A stretch of DNA of 59,258 bases, the filler included, from Sluysia triapertura (taxonomy: Eukaryota): the NCBI GenBank assembly GCA_046118255.1. It is 5 parts of 5 records of this genome, joined end to end, with 100 filler letters (N's around TTAATTAATTAA, not from the genome) between each part and the next. Parts side by side here need not be neighbours in the genome. Positions count along the whole stretch, not along the records: positions 23,747 to 34,682 come from JBJNIA010191296.1; positions 34,783 to 47,934 come from JBJNIA010056105.1; 3 more parts are not named here. The stretch is one strand, 5' to 3'. The notes below the pieces were generated by a model. The model had not been told where the DNA came from, did not search any database, and saw nothing but the letters and a program-made list of their open reading frames with translations. A program made the position numbers and the translations under genes. Shown piece by piece: positions 27,463 through 41,402 of the stretch. Positions within the stretch are counted from its first letter, which is position 1, and each line of letters opens with the position of its first letter.

Positions 27463-27638
27463 TGTTTGGTTACAGTTGGTCTAAAGTGTCATAGAGTAGT
27501 GATAGTATAGTTGACTATAATAAAACAAAATTGTGAGTCGGGGCTGCCAGTTCAGTGTTCCAAGCATCGAAATGCAAATATGTAAAACGAGAGGTTCCGG
27601 GTTCGATTCCTGATCAATTCATTTATTGAAGTCTAACA
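27463..27638 (+). mobile_element. tRNA-containing LTR-like repeat, most complete copy
   Basis: atga|TGTT...CTAAAGTGTCATAG...TTGACTATAATAAAACAAAATTG, tRNA-like cassette, TTTATTGAAGTCTAACA|ataa. Leader is shared with the copies at 5876, 16492, 17152, 23249 and 49491. Confidence 0.75.
27541..27621 (+). tRNA. tRNA-like pseudogene inside the repeat (Ala- or Cys-like)
   Basis: GGGCTGC..box A-like AGTTCAGTG..AAGCA TCGAA AT GCA AA...GAGGTT CCGGG TTCGATT CCTGA TCAATTC A; canonical box B GGTTCGATTCC. Stems are degenerate, so probably non-functional. Confidence 0.55.
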
Positions 27639-29219
27639 ATAATATACAAATATCATAATTAATGAATTAAACAAAAAAGATAGTGAAACATGTAAACTAA
27701 TTATTATAGTACGAAGAAAATAAAAATTTTCTTCGAAAGGAATCAGATACAAATGTAACATTAAATAGAAATGAAAAATATTCAGTATTTAAAAATATGT
27801 ATAAAAATTATTTACAGAATTGAAAGTAGCTTTGTATAATGTGACGTAATTTCTTCATCACAATATTTATCTTATTCAAAAAGTTTGGAATTATTTCATT
27901 ATTGTAGGTTTTATTATTATGTTTTTATTTACATCAAAATAGATGTATTATTGAAGTTAAAAATTATAACTGAAATTTTATTAATGTTCTATTTACAACA
28001 GTAAGTAGTGTATTATTGTTAATAATTGATAAAGTAATTTTCTTTGTTCCTTGAATTTCAAATGTGCATTCACACAGATTCACATGATCCATGCTAATTA
28101 CGTATAATTTTTTTATTATATTACAGTTTATACAGGTAAACGTTTTTTGTACGACATATTTCATATGTCATCAAGTACGTGTTTATTAATATTATTTATT
28201 TTTATTGCAGCAGTTGAACATTTTGTAAACAAGCGGAAGCAAATATTTCAGCAGCCCAAATTTATAATAGTAATTTGTATTTAATATTTTTTAGATTATT
28301 TAAAAATGATGATAACAGCAACAATAATATAATGTTAACTATTCGACCGAAGAAGGTGAAGATGCAGTTGGTGGTAATTTAATTATCTTTGATCGCCGAA
28401 TATATCTAATTAGTGAATGACTTAAATTATATCCAGCAATTTTTTAACATGAAATCCCCTTCAAATGTTAGATAGTCAAGTGAAATAAAAAATCAATTAA
28501 ATAAAATAAAAATTCAAGCAAGAGCTAGAAAGAAGCTTGGTAAGAATGAAGAAATTAAGAATTCGATGATACAATTAATGAAAAAATGCAGTGTTTAGAA
28601 AATTGGGTAGTGGTTGTGTTGTAAGCCAAATATTCTGATTTAATATTTTTAAATTGCCGTTCATTTATTCAAACACCGTATACATTATTTCACACCTATG
28701 ATGCCACTAATGTTCAGAATCATGTTAATTTATGTTTTCGGTATGATGTTAACATACAAAGAAGTTAAGCTAGTAATTACATAAAATATTTAGATGAATT
28801 AAAAATTATAACGATTTTGAATTTTCAATGAATATTTTTAACTTACCAAAATTTGAACGATACAATTTAAAAATAAATGTATTTTAAAAAATGATGAAAT
28901 TTTAAAAAGTTTATGCAGAAGTAAAAGTACAAACGAAACAATTATTAATTTATTTTATTAGTGAGCAATAAAATATTTAAATAAGCTTTTAACTATGAAC
29001 ATGGAGAATAAGTTGCAAGTGATTTAATACTTATAAGAGAATTTCGATTAGATATTTCTTTTAATAATTGCATTAAGTTAAGCAGCAAAAATCTTAGTTG
29101 GCCCCGAAAATGAATAATTTAGTTTTGCTGGCAATGAGCACAGCAAATGTTTAAATAAGATTGAAAGGCTTATGCAAAATATACTTGCATCTTATTATCA
29201 GGATCAGACATAAAATATC

Positions 29220-29222
<3 letters not shown>

Positions 29223-29273
<51 letters not shown>
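29223..29273. repeat. (TA)n(TG)n compound microsatellite
   Basis: Direct reading; a second such tract at about 21848-21875. Confidence 0.95.
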
Positions 29274-30883
29274 TATGCTGATTATTTTCGATTACTATTT
29301 GATATTAGATAGAATCAGCATCATTACGAGATTAGATTGGTATATGATCACGATGAATACTGCTTAAGGAAATGAAAATTTCCTGGGGTGGTTATACAAG
29401 CTTCAAAAAGTTTCATCATCATTGTACCTATTATTGTATGGAAACTGTGATCTGTGATAACCTTCGCAGGTATAGGTGTGTAACATGATAATTGGTTGTT
29501 AGATTTAGTGACAGTAGATCTTATATATTTGAGCGGTATCGCCAACATACTGCTCAAGTAGACATAGGTGATCTAGCACTTGGTCATATTTTTATAAATT
29601 TGGCTATTATTTTGGATAATCCGTCAATATTTTTATTCAGGCTAAGAAGGGTACTTGCATGCATGTCACCTATAATTTCTTCAAAAGCCACGAAATATTA
29701 AGACACACTTATGTATTTGGATCTTGTTATTTAGCATTTGTTGAAGATTGATCATGCTTATTTTCTTTTTGGAAGAATACTGATATAGGTAATACGAAAA
29801 TTGATTAATGCGAATAATTATGATTTAATCCTTCATCTGAACAAATATTCTATCTCTGTGAAATCCTATGTGAAGCGTAATTTTGTTTTATTCTTTGCAC
29901 CACTTGATTGAAATATTTTAGGTACGATCTAATTTAAGTGATGAAATTAATGTGGTACCGATGTTAAGTCAATTAAATCATATTTAAAACATAATAATCC
30001 GAATAATCAGAAGTGATTCTAACAATCAGATAATGAGTGATTGTTTATAAGCAACTTATCAAATTAAACTAGTAAAATAATTTTTCTTAAAATAATATAA
30101 ACATTTGTGGTCAACACATTCTTAAAAATATGATTAACGTAAAATTTTATTCGACAAGGCCGTCAAAAATGGTCACTTTTTTAGACTAGATTTATAACAA
30201 AAATAAAAGAAGAGTTTTGAGGTTAAAAAGATGAGTAATTTAATATTAATTGAATGAAAACATTTATTTGATATGTTTTATTGATATTGTATAACATAGA
30301 ATTAAATAAGTTCATTATAACCCATGCCCGAGTTAACTTTGAGTGTCATTGATCAATTACATAAGATTGACTTCTCAATAAATATAAGATCTCTGTTATA
30401 TATTGTTTTAATTATACTATCTTACATTCTAATTTAATTTAAATATAAAAGTACAATTTAAGGAAAATATTGTACTTTTATATTAATATTACTTTTCAAT
30501 TTTTATATTATTTTAGCATTTTGTTTAAATAAATTAAATTTTATTAATTTTATCGCATATTTTATTACTATTCCCATTTTTATTTCATTGCTCTTATTTT
30601 TATTTTATTAGAACAATAAAGTTGTTTAAATAAACTTCTGTAATGCAAATTGTTAAAAATTTATAGAATAATTTTAATTATAACATTTTTTTACTTTTAT
30701 GATCATTTTTTAATTTCGAAAATTGTTCGTCCTCGAGTTATCTCGAAAAGAAGACATTTTACTTCTATAGTTTTTTCATATCAGTATTAGTTTTGAGACA
30801 TAATTAGGAAATTTAACATTTCGTATCTTTTTTGTTATTGGTCTTATCAATGTAAATGATTTTATTAATATACAGCATTTTAA

Positions 30884-31160
30884 TTTATATTACGCTCATA
30901 TGTACTGCAAAATAAGTACTCAAAAGCGCTTAAAATAAATCATTCACTATAATATTTCTGAAACAAAAAGAACGTTGACTTTTTCTTAAATATTTCATAA
31001 TTATGTCTCAGTGAAACATTCATTTTGGTCTCCAAAGTTTTTATTATTTCTAAGAAATATGTGAAAATAAATAATTGTTTTCAAGGATGTTTTATTTTTC
31101 AAAAACTTTACTGAAACATAATTATCTTGGAAGAAGTTTCCAATACTTACTGTGGATTTA
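30884..31160 (-). mobile_element. L2-clade LINE 3' fragment
   Basis: gtactcaaaagcgcttaaaataaatcattc...atttctgaaacaaaaagaac, homologous to 12111-12360 with internal deletions. Confidence 0.65.
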
Positions 31161-33169
31161 TTTTTAGTTTATTAAAGATTTTTTAAATCAGTTGAACTTA
31201 ACAAATCCCAAAGAATGATGATGATGATGATAATGAAATTACGTAGTATGATTAAAAAATTAAGTATCCAAAATATTATCGAAGATATACATCCATTTTG
31301 TCTGATTCAGCCAGTGGATTTCTCAAACAAAATTTTTAAAATCTTCCTAACAACGTATATATATCATATTTATCAAATGAATTAGCAGTTGTTGATGTGA
31401 AAGCTCATGTAATTACTACTTTTATTGTGTGTTACATATAAAATGCGAAAAGTTAAATTTTCAGATTACTAAAATTTAACACCTAAACTTATTTTTGGCG
31501 TCGTTTAAACATCTACTTATTCAGACTGTATGCAGTCACTATTCTGCTTACTAACTTTTATGCTTTTTTATTGTTCAATAATTATTATTATATAATAATA
31601 TTAATTATAACATAAAATATTATTAAAACAAGCCAAATAAATACAATACCCAATGAATAAAAATAAAAATGTAAAGAAAACGCATTTCTGACAATGTCAA
31701 TCAACCGTGACTTTATTGATTTTGATAGATTCTTATTTTGTGAAGGGCTTTCTATATATTTCTATTTGTAAAATTTAACCAAATTCATTTTTTTCTGGTT
31801 ATTATTTTCTAAACACAATTACTAATTTAGGATATTTAAATTATAAACCAATTTAATCTAAATTTCTAATCATTAATATACTGTTTATAATAGTAAGCAG
31901 TTTAAATGATGTTATTATTAGATTAATTGAAATTTAAATGTGATGATACGTAGTAATTTTTGGTTTCATAAATATAAACACTCATATTCTTAACCGACAC
32001 ACACATTTACACGATAATGATTGACATTTTGAAAATTGTCAGTAATAATTTTCAATTCACGACTTATTATTTAGTAATATATTATAAATTTAAATTATTT
32101 AATAAAAAACAGATTATATTTTCTTTTTATTATTAATTAAATTTTAAATTAAAGTAATGATAAAAATTTATTTAATTATTTATTAAAAGATGTATTTAAA
32201 AAATTAAAATGTACACTGTTTTCAGTACTACTTACAAAATAATCAGGTGAGTGGGAAAATTTTTACATAATAATTTCAGCATTCATTTTTTCAATCTACA
32301 TAAGTTATTTGTATATGTATTTAACTATGCTACAAAATTGAATTGCAGACCAAACGTGACAGGGAAGTTGTATATACAATTTAATAATTAATATAATCAT
32401 ATAATAATAATTATTTTTAAGTGATATAGTATAATAATTATAAATATAATAATGATAATAATAATAGCATTATTAAGTATAACATATTCCACATATGTGG
32501 GGATTGATTTAATTTGTCAATTTAAATAGTGTAACTTGTAAAAATAATCCAAACCTTTATTTTAAGGTAATTTATAAAATTTGTGTAAAATTATTCTAAA
32601 AATATCTTCAATAATAATATAAATACAATGTATATATACATAAAATGTAACAATAAAAATAAAAAGTATATTGTGATTGTGTGTGTACATGATATGTTTA
32701 ATTTGAACATTGTTATAGGTTCAATAAGTTTATGTCTTGAGAATACTTGAATTGATAAAAGTACATTAATCAATTAAAATAAGTAACCTTCAAGTGAACT
32801 AGAATTCAATATTCACTTAAATATTTTCCATTGAGATTTTAATCATGTCACTACTTAGTCTTTTTTTGTAGATTTTATGGCACATGCATATGGTAAGGAA
32901 ATGTAGGTTAAAAATAGAAGACATTTATAGTGTAGATGAACAAATATAAAATATAAACATAAATTTTAACTTTTAAAATAGTATAAATAAATAAATTATT
33001 ATATTAAAAATAAGGTTTAATGTAACATAAAATAAAATTTTCTTTTCTTAAATAATAATACAAAAAAAAGCTTCTTAAGCGGCAAAAGTTGCTTTTTGGT
33101 AATAAACACATTTGATTAATCTGAATTTTGAAAATGAAATATTTATCTACTGACAAACAAAATTTTGCT

Positions 33170-33493
33170 TTCACTGAAAACATAACCGATTATCAGTTTT
33201 ATTTTTACGAACTTTAGTGGTTAACTGATCGAATGTTAAAATTCATCAACCAGCTTTTGTTACCTTATCCTTTTAGCATAAATATTCATTTTTTAGTACT
33301 TATTAAATTCTTAAATCACCTACAACAACTGCAGTTTGATTGCACTGTCGCCTTTTTTCATATGTCACATTAATTTAAGAAGCCACTCTTAATCGGTGAA
33401 CAATACCAACATTAAATTTGTACTTTCTACGTCGTTTTAACAATTCATAAACATTTTTGTTGCAAAATGAGCTTGTTTAATATCTACTTCCAT
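33170..33493 (-). pseudogene. RPL18: Ribosomal protein L18 (eL18) pseudogene, apparently processed
   Basis: MEVDIK ... LLKRRRKYKFNVGIVHRL ... NQTAVVVG-DLRI ... KAG**ILTFDQL, collinear with eL18 (MGVDI / RRT...FN.VVLKRL / KTAVVVG / AGGKILTFDQL). Stops, frameshifts, deletions; no introns seen. Confidence 0.8.
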
Positions 33494-34630
33494 AATTATT
33501 ATAAAGTTCTAAAAAATTAAAAATTAATTAATTTCTTAATTAACACGAAGGTCACTATAATAGATGTATAAAAATTAAAATATAAAATATAATTATAATA
33601 AAAATAAAATGATATCAAATAGACATTATTAAAAGAATAAATAAATAAGTTGATGACTTAGTTTTAAAATTATTAATTATTTTTAAAATACATATCTAAT
33701 AATTAATAACTACAATTAATATTATTATTATCATAATAAAATAATAAATAACTTGAAAAATATTTGACCGAAGCAATGTTTATCTAAGACCAAAATTTGA
33801 TCTATTTTTATTGCCTGTTTTATCTTTTTACAAATATATTAATATAGCTTTTAAGACATTATTTCTACTAAAGGTTGCTACCTTTTAATCAAAATAATAA
33901 AATTTGGAAAAAATAATTTCTAAATTTTACAATCTTATTCAAGTTTGTGAAATTTGAGAAAGACTTATAAAATTTTACGCATTTATGATATAAAAGCTGT
34001 CTAAAAATTCATCTTTTTCATATTCAAAAAATGTAGACGATGTACTACTTATTATAATTAATAACTTGTTATGTTTAATTATTTGTTAATTATTGTTAAT
34101 TTAAATATAATAAATATTTAATAAACAAATAATACTAAAAGTATTGTTTTATTTTTGGAAACATTGATAAAAATTTATGACTTAAGTATTTATTATTTAG
34201 GTTCATTAATAAAAAGTTTATGTTGTTATTACCTTAATTTTATTAATATTCTTATGGTAAAAAAAGTTATAATTAGTTGTGGTGGCAAATATGAAATTCA
34301 AATTATTTAATATTAAAAATGCTTAAATAATTCATTAAATAATTCATTAGTAATAATAAATAATACTAATTGATGGCGATTCTGTTTAATTTCTTATCTT
34401 GCTATTCCATTTTTATTTACTCTCTCTATTAGTGGACATACTTTTAAAATTTATATAAATATGCGATCTAAAATAAGAAAAAATTATTCGAAATATTTTC
34501 TTGAACTTTCAAATATTCGTCTAACTTCTGTAATTTTTTTCAACCAATCGAAAACCTTAAGTATTAAATTTATTTTTATAAAGCTGCATCAATTAACATT
34601 AAAGCCAATAACAATAACAATAACAATAAC

Positions 34631-34682
<52 letters not shown>

Positions 34683-34782
34683 NNNNNNNNNNNNNNNNNN
34701 NNNNNNNNNNNNNNNNNNNNNNNNNNTTAATTAATTAANNNNNNNNNNNNNNNNNNNNNNNNNNNNNNNNNNNNNNNNNNNN
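34683..34782. other. Artificial contig linker
   Basis: Same structure. Confidence 0.97.
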
Positions 34783-35658
34783 TGTCAAAAAATTTTAAAT
34801 AATATTTTTCGATAGGTCTATTTTTCGATAGATCAGGAAATTTGAAAAGATATTTTACGTCGAATTTTATGTATGATACTATACAGTATCGACCTTAAAA
34901 TAATTAAACTAACGTGAAAAAGTATTAGAAATCTTGTAATAAAAACTGGAAATGAAAGGCGATCTTCAAAAAAAATTATTTATAAAAACTGTTTATTATG
35001 ATTACGTTTAAAAATTGAGTTTTAACTACAAAAAATGTAGGTTCAAATAGTTTCAATTCGACCTTGACCGAAGTGAAACAAAAATTATGATTTATAAATT
35101 AAAAATAGATAATCTTTTACAAGCCATATTAAATAATAATTAAATAATTAAATAGTTACATAATCAAAAATAATAATTACTTTTAATAAAAGTGCAAAAA
35201 ATAAAATAAAAATCCAACAGATAATTAAAATTATAAAAATCAATAAATGTTCATTAAATTAGAAAAGTACATTTATATTAGTCAATAAAAATTAATCAAT
35301 GATAATCAAGTCAATAATATTGGTAACTGAGTGTGTGTTATTACAAGTAATAATCAAATCAATAACTGTTTGTGTGTTGTTATTACATTACTAAGGTATT
35401 TGGAATTCCAAGGTTTTCTTCAATTCTCAAAATGATTATAGATGTTTTCATCTTTGTCATTCTTACTCCACAAGATCTACAATGTTCTATCGATGATTTT
35501 TTATCAATTCTTACAATTTTCCTATTTGCTTCTTATTTAACATTTGGGCAATCCCGACATTAAGATGAAATTAAAAATAATTTCAGTTTGAAAATTATAA
35601 TATATAATATAATATACAATATAAAAATATAATATAATATAATATACAATATAAAAAT

Positions 35659-35860
35659 AAGTACTCAAAAGCGCTTATAATAAATCAGTCTTTTTCTTGA
35701 ATATTTCATAATCTTCCAGTAATTTAACATTCTCTGGTAGTTGGTTGTATATTTTTGAAACATAAACGATATATAACTTATCATGTCTGGATTTTGTGTA
35801 AATTATGACATCGTATACGTTTTGGTTTCATTTTTTTAAAATTTATTTCCAAGAAATATT
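35659..35860 (-). mobile_element. L2-clade LINE 3' fragment
   Basis: Minus frame VSKIYNQLPENVKLLEDYEIFKKKT (WN.LP...FK motif of LINE ORF2 end) followed by the AAGCGCTTTTGAGTAC tail. Confidence 0.7.
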
Positions 35861-37089
35861 GTTTCTCACTTATTCATTATGTTATTTATTATTATTATTA
35901 TTATTATTCAGTATCTTTATAAAATGTATACTTTTTAAAAGTGTCTCATGTTGAGATTTTCAAGAATATCAGCTTAAATAAGTAGGTTATTTCAACCATC
36001 AAAAACACTACAATATCGTCGTTTGTAATTTAACTATTAAAATATATTTAAAAAACAAATTCAATTATATCATGAAAAAAGTATTTCATAAATTACTTTT
36101 TATTACTTTTACTTATATTGATAAATTTTATTTATTTACATTAGTAAGTAAATGAAAACAAATAATTTTTGAATAATTCGTTTATTTTTAAAATGAAAAG
36201 TAGTTACTTTCAAATTTTGTGAGTTATGAATTTAACAACTACTAGAAACACTTTGTTTTTATTGTAGCAAGTAGTATATTTTTTAATTGCCGTTTTTTAG
36301 ATAATTAATAAATATTTTCGAATATGGAAAATCATAATAATGAGGTTAGATTTAATTGTTTCTTATAAATAATAAGATATATGAAGTATTGAATATATAA
36401 TTTTAATAATCAATCATTTGTGAGAATTAAATTTAAAACTTTAAGTTTATTTATGTGAGTCCTCTATGATACTGAGTTTACACACTGAAGGGCCAATTCA
36501 TAGATGTCAGCGTAAGAATATGGATGCACGTAATGGAGATCAAAGATAATTCATATTATGGGTCCGCTATGTTCAGAGAGATTATAATGTTTATTAGTTT
36601 ATATCAGATCTAAAATAATTTATTATGTGTGATTTAGATTTATTACAATAAGAATAACCACTTTTTTTATTATATTTTAGAACATTTTATTAAATTTAAC
36701 GTTAGATTTGTATATTTCTGGGATAACTGAATATTCGAGGAGAATTTATTTGTCTTTGAACATCAATTATTCCGTCTCTTCATGTATGTTAAATTATCTG
36801 TTAAGTATATCTTCAAAATATTTTATTTTCTAATACATAAAACAAGTTCAGGTGTACCAAATAATTTAATTCAAATTAAAACAATTTTATAAGGTACAAT
36901 CACAATTATAAAAATTATCCAACACTATTCAAGACACAAGTTATATATTATAAGCAGATTAATTAAAATGTTAAAATATCGAATAAAAGATAAAAATTCA
37001 GTAACGTTAAATTATTAGTTTACTATTCGAACGACAAAAATGTTACAACAAAAAATCAATAACGGAAGAATTAGTAGATAAATTAGTAG

Positions 37090-37376
37090 ATAAATACTTG
37101 GAAATCAATGAAGAAAAGTCAGAATTATTAATTTTCCGTAATAAAATTAAATTAATACTAAAATAAATGAAACAAAGTTAATGTTAGATGGTAAGATGCT
37201 AGACGTCTAATTAAATGTAGAACATGAGAGATAATATTAACTGTATAAAGTGAATTCTATGAAATTTATATTTTTTGAATTAAGGACAACTTTAAACTTA
37301 CACCATGATTGTATAATTCTCTTAAGATTATTAAAGTTTAATGTAGGCATAAGGAATCATGAATTATTCTGGAAAT
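37090..37376 (+). mobile_element. Decayed LINE RT/thumb fragment
   Basis: LEINEEKSELLIFRNK ... LRLLKFNVGIRNHELFWKL, typical of post-RT LINE ORF2. Confidence 0.5.
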
Positions 37377-39159
37377 TGTAGTGAACTCCAAAAATCAACT
37401 CATCACAATCACAAACAACGTCAACACAAATAAACACTTCTTAAATAAACAAATTACTCAATAAATACAAAACATAAACATAATAATTTATAATTATTGT
37501 AATTCTAACTATTATCTTTGTTACAATGTCTTATATGTACATCTTTATTGTATATATTTTTTACTGTTCCTCGTTATGTATATTTTTAAGTCGCTTCTCA
37601 CATTTTATCACTGTTATCATTGTTTTTTTACTTCTGCTCATACATGTTTCATTATATTGTTTAAAATTGGTAAGATAAATCATTCGTTACAATACAATGC
37701 CAATTTAGTAATGTTAATGGCTTGATTTTATTTGGTATACAATCCGTACCAGGTGGCCAGGAACATGATTATTCATTAATACAAAATCCAATTTTTGTCC
37801 AACGCGGCCAACATTTTCCGAAAATATTTTGTATTCAGCTATTATTTTTAAATTGGAACTTGGTTCTTCTTTTACTGATAAAGTTAACAGTTTTATTGTC
37901 TATTTAAAATCCATTCTGATTTAAAGTTATCTCGATTTAAAATTTTAAGTAAATTCGATAACGATTATTCATATGATCTGCTGTGGTTTTACTTAAATTA
38001 ACCTAACTAGCAAAATAAATAAGTTTTCTAAAGGTTAGTCCGACTAATTAGACACGTTTTATATCTGGACGAAAACGTTCTAATTAGATTTTTGCAAAAG
38101 AAAGAGATTTATCGTTTGTCTGTAAGGTATACGCTTAAGCAGTGAATTCCTGCTATTCGTTTCCTAGAATATTTATAACCACTATATAAAAAAATTAAAG
38201 TTATATTCGTGTAAGGTTATAATGATATAATTAAGTCAGTCTTTTTACGGTCAGAAAATGTGTTAGTAGATTTTATATGTTGAACCAGCCTTTTTGCGGT
38301 GTGGCAAGATTGTGAATAATTTAATAATAGAATTAAAGTTTACTACTGTAATGATTTATTAAATACATAACATAAAAAATAAATATACAATACAAAAAAT
38401 GTTATGACAATAAATCTTATAATAAATATAATGATTTTAACGACTTAAGTCTAATGCTTAGGCGTGGAAAAAATTAGATTTTGATTAAGATTTTAACCTA
38501 GCCAGTTACGGTCTAGGATCAATAAAAGTGATTTTAAGTATGTAGTATAAAGAACCCTATTGTATTAAAATTAGGGTTGTATATGAAACTTAAAATATCT
38601 AATTACTTTAGTATGGAAAAAGGTTGTTATCCACGAATTATCTATATAAAATTTTCCATTTGTATAAATTTCTAATTCCAATTTTTTGTGTTTGTTGTTG
38701 TGTAATTCCAAATTAATAAAAAACAATCGCCATTTTGAAAAATTATTAATTGAAACAATGTTGCATAAACAATACACGATTATTTTTTATAAATTTATTA
38801 TTTATTATTTTTATATTGAAATAATATTATTTCAATTTCTTATAATTGAAATAATATAATAAAAAATATACACTTTTTAAATAATAATAATAAATAAAAT
38901 AATGTTAAATCATAAATAAATAAAATAATGTTATTAATATAAATCAAAATCATTCATGTAAAGTTAAAATGATAATTAAAGGATTGGAGCGATCCAACAG
39001 ATGGGTAAATAGAAGAAATAGTAACTGTTAATAACTCAAATATACTAAATATATATTTTGAAATGTAGCTTCTTCGAAAATTTATTTAACACAAATATAA
39101 AATTTACATTTTTACATTTACAAAATCATTAAGTTATAATGATTTAAATATACTATTTT

Positions 39160-39340
39160 TAAAAAAGGTAAAGTTCTATCTGTTTCAGAAATATTATAAT
39201 GAGTGGTTTGTTTTAAACGATTTCATGAAATAATTATAAAATTATTTTAAAAAGAAAAATTCTTTTTGTTTCAGAAGTATTGTAATGTATGATGTATCTT
39301 AAACGATTTTGAGCAATAAAATGAAACATGTATAAATAGA
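39160..39340 (+). mobile_element. Two tandem, diverged L2-type 3' ends
   Basis: tgtttcagaaatattataatg..taaacgattt occurs twice (about 39180 and 39268). Confidence 0.5.
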
Positions 39341-39790
39341 AGTAGCAGAAAAAATAACAATAATACTAGTGATAAAATGCGAGGAACAATAAAAATTATA
39401 TACATAAAGATAAACATACACACATGCAAAAAGGAAACAATAAGTGAAAGCAATTGTAACAAATTTATAATAATTTATAATTTAACAACGATAATAATAA
39501 AACGGATTTAGACAATTATGAAATTATTATGAGTGTGTTTCTGTTTTGTATGTATTGAGCGGTTTGTTTAATAATTTGTTTATGTAAGAAGTGTTGATTT
39601 GTGTTGATTTTGGAAGGTTTAATATTTCGAGTTCATTTATTAGATTATCGATTTTAAAAGTTTGAAACGTTATTATGTACAACATTAAATTTTTAACGAC
39701 AAATATCATTAAAGGATTTCTATTGTAAAAATTATGTTGGATCAATTTTATTCATGAATTTATGGTAAAGTAACTATTTTTAGTTCTAGA

Positions 39791-41210
39791 CTAGGGGTGC
39801 AACTTAATTAAATCCCCAATGAAATTTAGTGGAAAGCCTTCCAGGACAACCGAGTAAGATGTTGTTCGATTATACATCTTTCTTAACAAGACATGAGTTT
39901 GATTGCATCTAAATAAGATTTGATTTGTCATGTCATTAATAGGATTGATTTTATTATCTACATCTAATATTTTTGTTTTATGAATGTAAACATCAATTAT
40001 AATCTCGTTTAATAATGATAAGTCTGTTTTTAATATACTAATTTCGAAATTAAATATAAAAACTTTAAATAACACATATTTATTAAATAGATATCCTAAT
40101 TTTAAATTTAATGTATGGTCTTCTTCTCTAAATTCTTCAGTGAGCACCACCCCTAGTTGAACTTCACGAACCCATTTGACATTTTTACAGACTAAAATAA
40201 AAATCAATGAATACAAGAAATAAAAACTCACATTAGATGTTCTGATGCTGAGAATATTATTAATATTTAATTCTAAATTTTCTTTATTCAGCAACTTATC
40301 CATTGGCAACTTGTGTCGTGGTAACATATCAAAGTACTGGCACTGTAGTATTATAATCAGCTCGTCGACTAGTACTAAATGTATCTCATAATGACGATTT
40401 TTGAAATTGTCTGGATCATTAAATTTCACCTTTTTGTAAAATACAAATATAGTTATGCCTAAGCATAGACTGATCATATCCTTTTGAACTGTAATGTTTA
40501 CTTGTAATAGGTCTAATAGTGCACTGTAATCATTATTCTGAAGTTGAATATTTAAGAACAAAACTTTGTTATACACTTGTTCTTTCTATATGTCTGCAAC
40601 AGCTAGCTGATCATTTAGAACTTGAAATATTTGGCGGACTTTCTGTTAAAATCGTATGATGGTTGAAAAATTATGTATTGATTTGATTAACGACATAAAA
40701 TCTTTTGGATATAAGATCATATACGCTTCATGACGGCGAGTTGATTGAGTCGCATTGATAAGACTGACCAAATTAACTAAAATATCTAAGCTTAATTCGT
40801 AGCATCCAATATCATCGTCATCTTTTATTCTGAGACATGTATCATAATTTAGACATGAAAAAGAATCATGAACAATTATGACTATTTTACAAAAATGATT
40901 ATCTTTGTTCCTTGTAACACCAAATTTTAGCGTGTTATTTTCGTTTTCATTACAAGAGGTTGAATCGTCGTAATAACATGGATTTTTCTTCAAATCTTGT
41001 TTCCGCCTAGGATAACATCCATTACATCTACCGACATGTTTTATAAACTCCATTTCCAATAAGTTTACCCAATCAGAGTCTCGCAGAGGATATTCAAAAG
41101 TATGCACTCTGATTGGGTAGTGTGTGCAATGTAATGAGGTTTGATACAACTGATGATTGACGTACAGTGTCAACACTGGTGATGGCAGCAACCAGGTTGA
41201 TCGTCAACTA
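39791..41210 (-). pseudogene. Multi-exon gene fragment of unknown product with ~40-nt introns, probably decayed
   Basis: ORFs 40646..41191 and 39791..40576 share one frame. Intron-like segments read through, e.g. gtgagt...ttttag (40 nt, 40231-40192). An in-frame TAG lies in an exon-like part (LAVADI*KEQ). Confidence 0.5.
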
Positions 41211-41402
41211 ATTAAATTTTATTATTTTTAATGAATTGATAATAATAATAATAACAATAATAATATTGTTATTATTATTACTATTATTGACAATAAAACG
41301 CATAATTCTTTTCTTTTAATAAAACTTATACTATCTTCTCTTTGAAATACTTAATTTTCTACATATTAAATAGAAAAGAGGAATAAAACAGATGACATGC
41401 TG

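Noticed and set aside
27541-27621. Functional tRNA gene
   Set aside because: Mismatches in acceptor, D and anticodon stems; part of a dispersed repeat.
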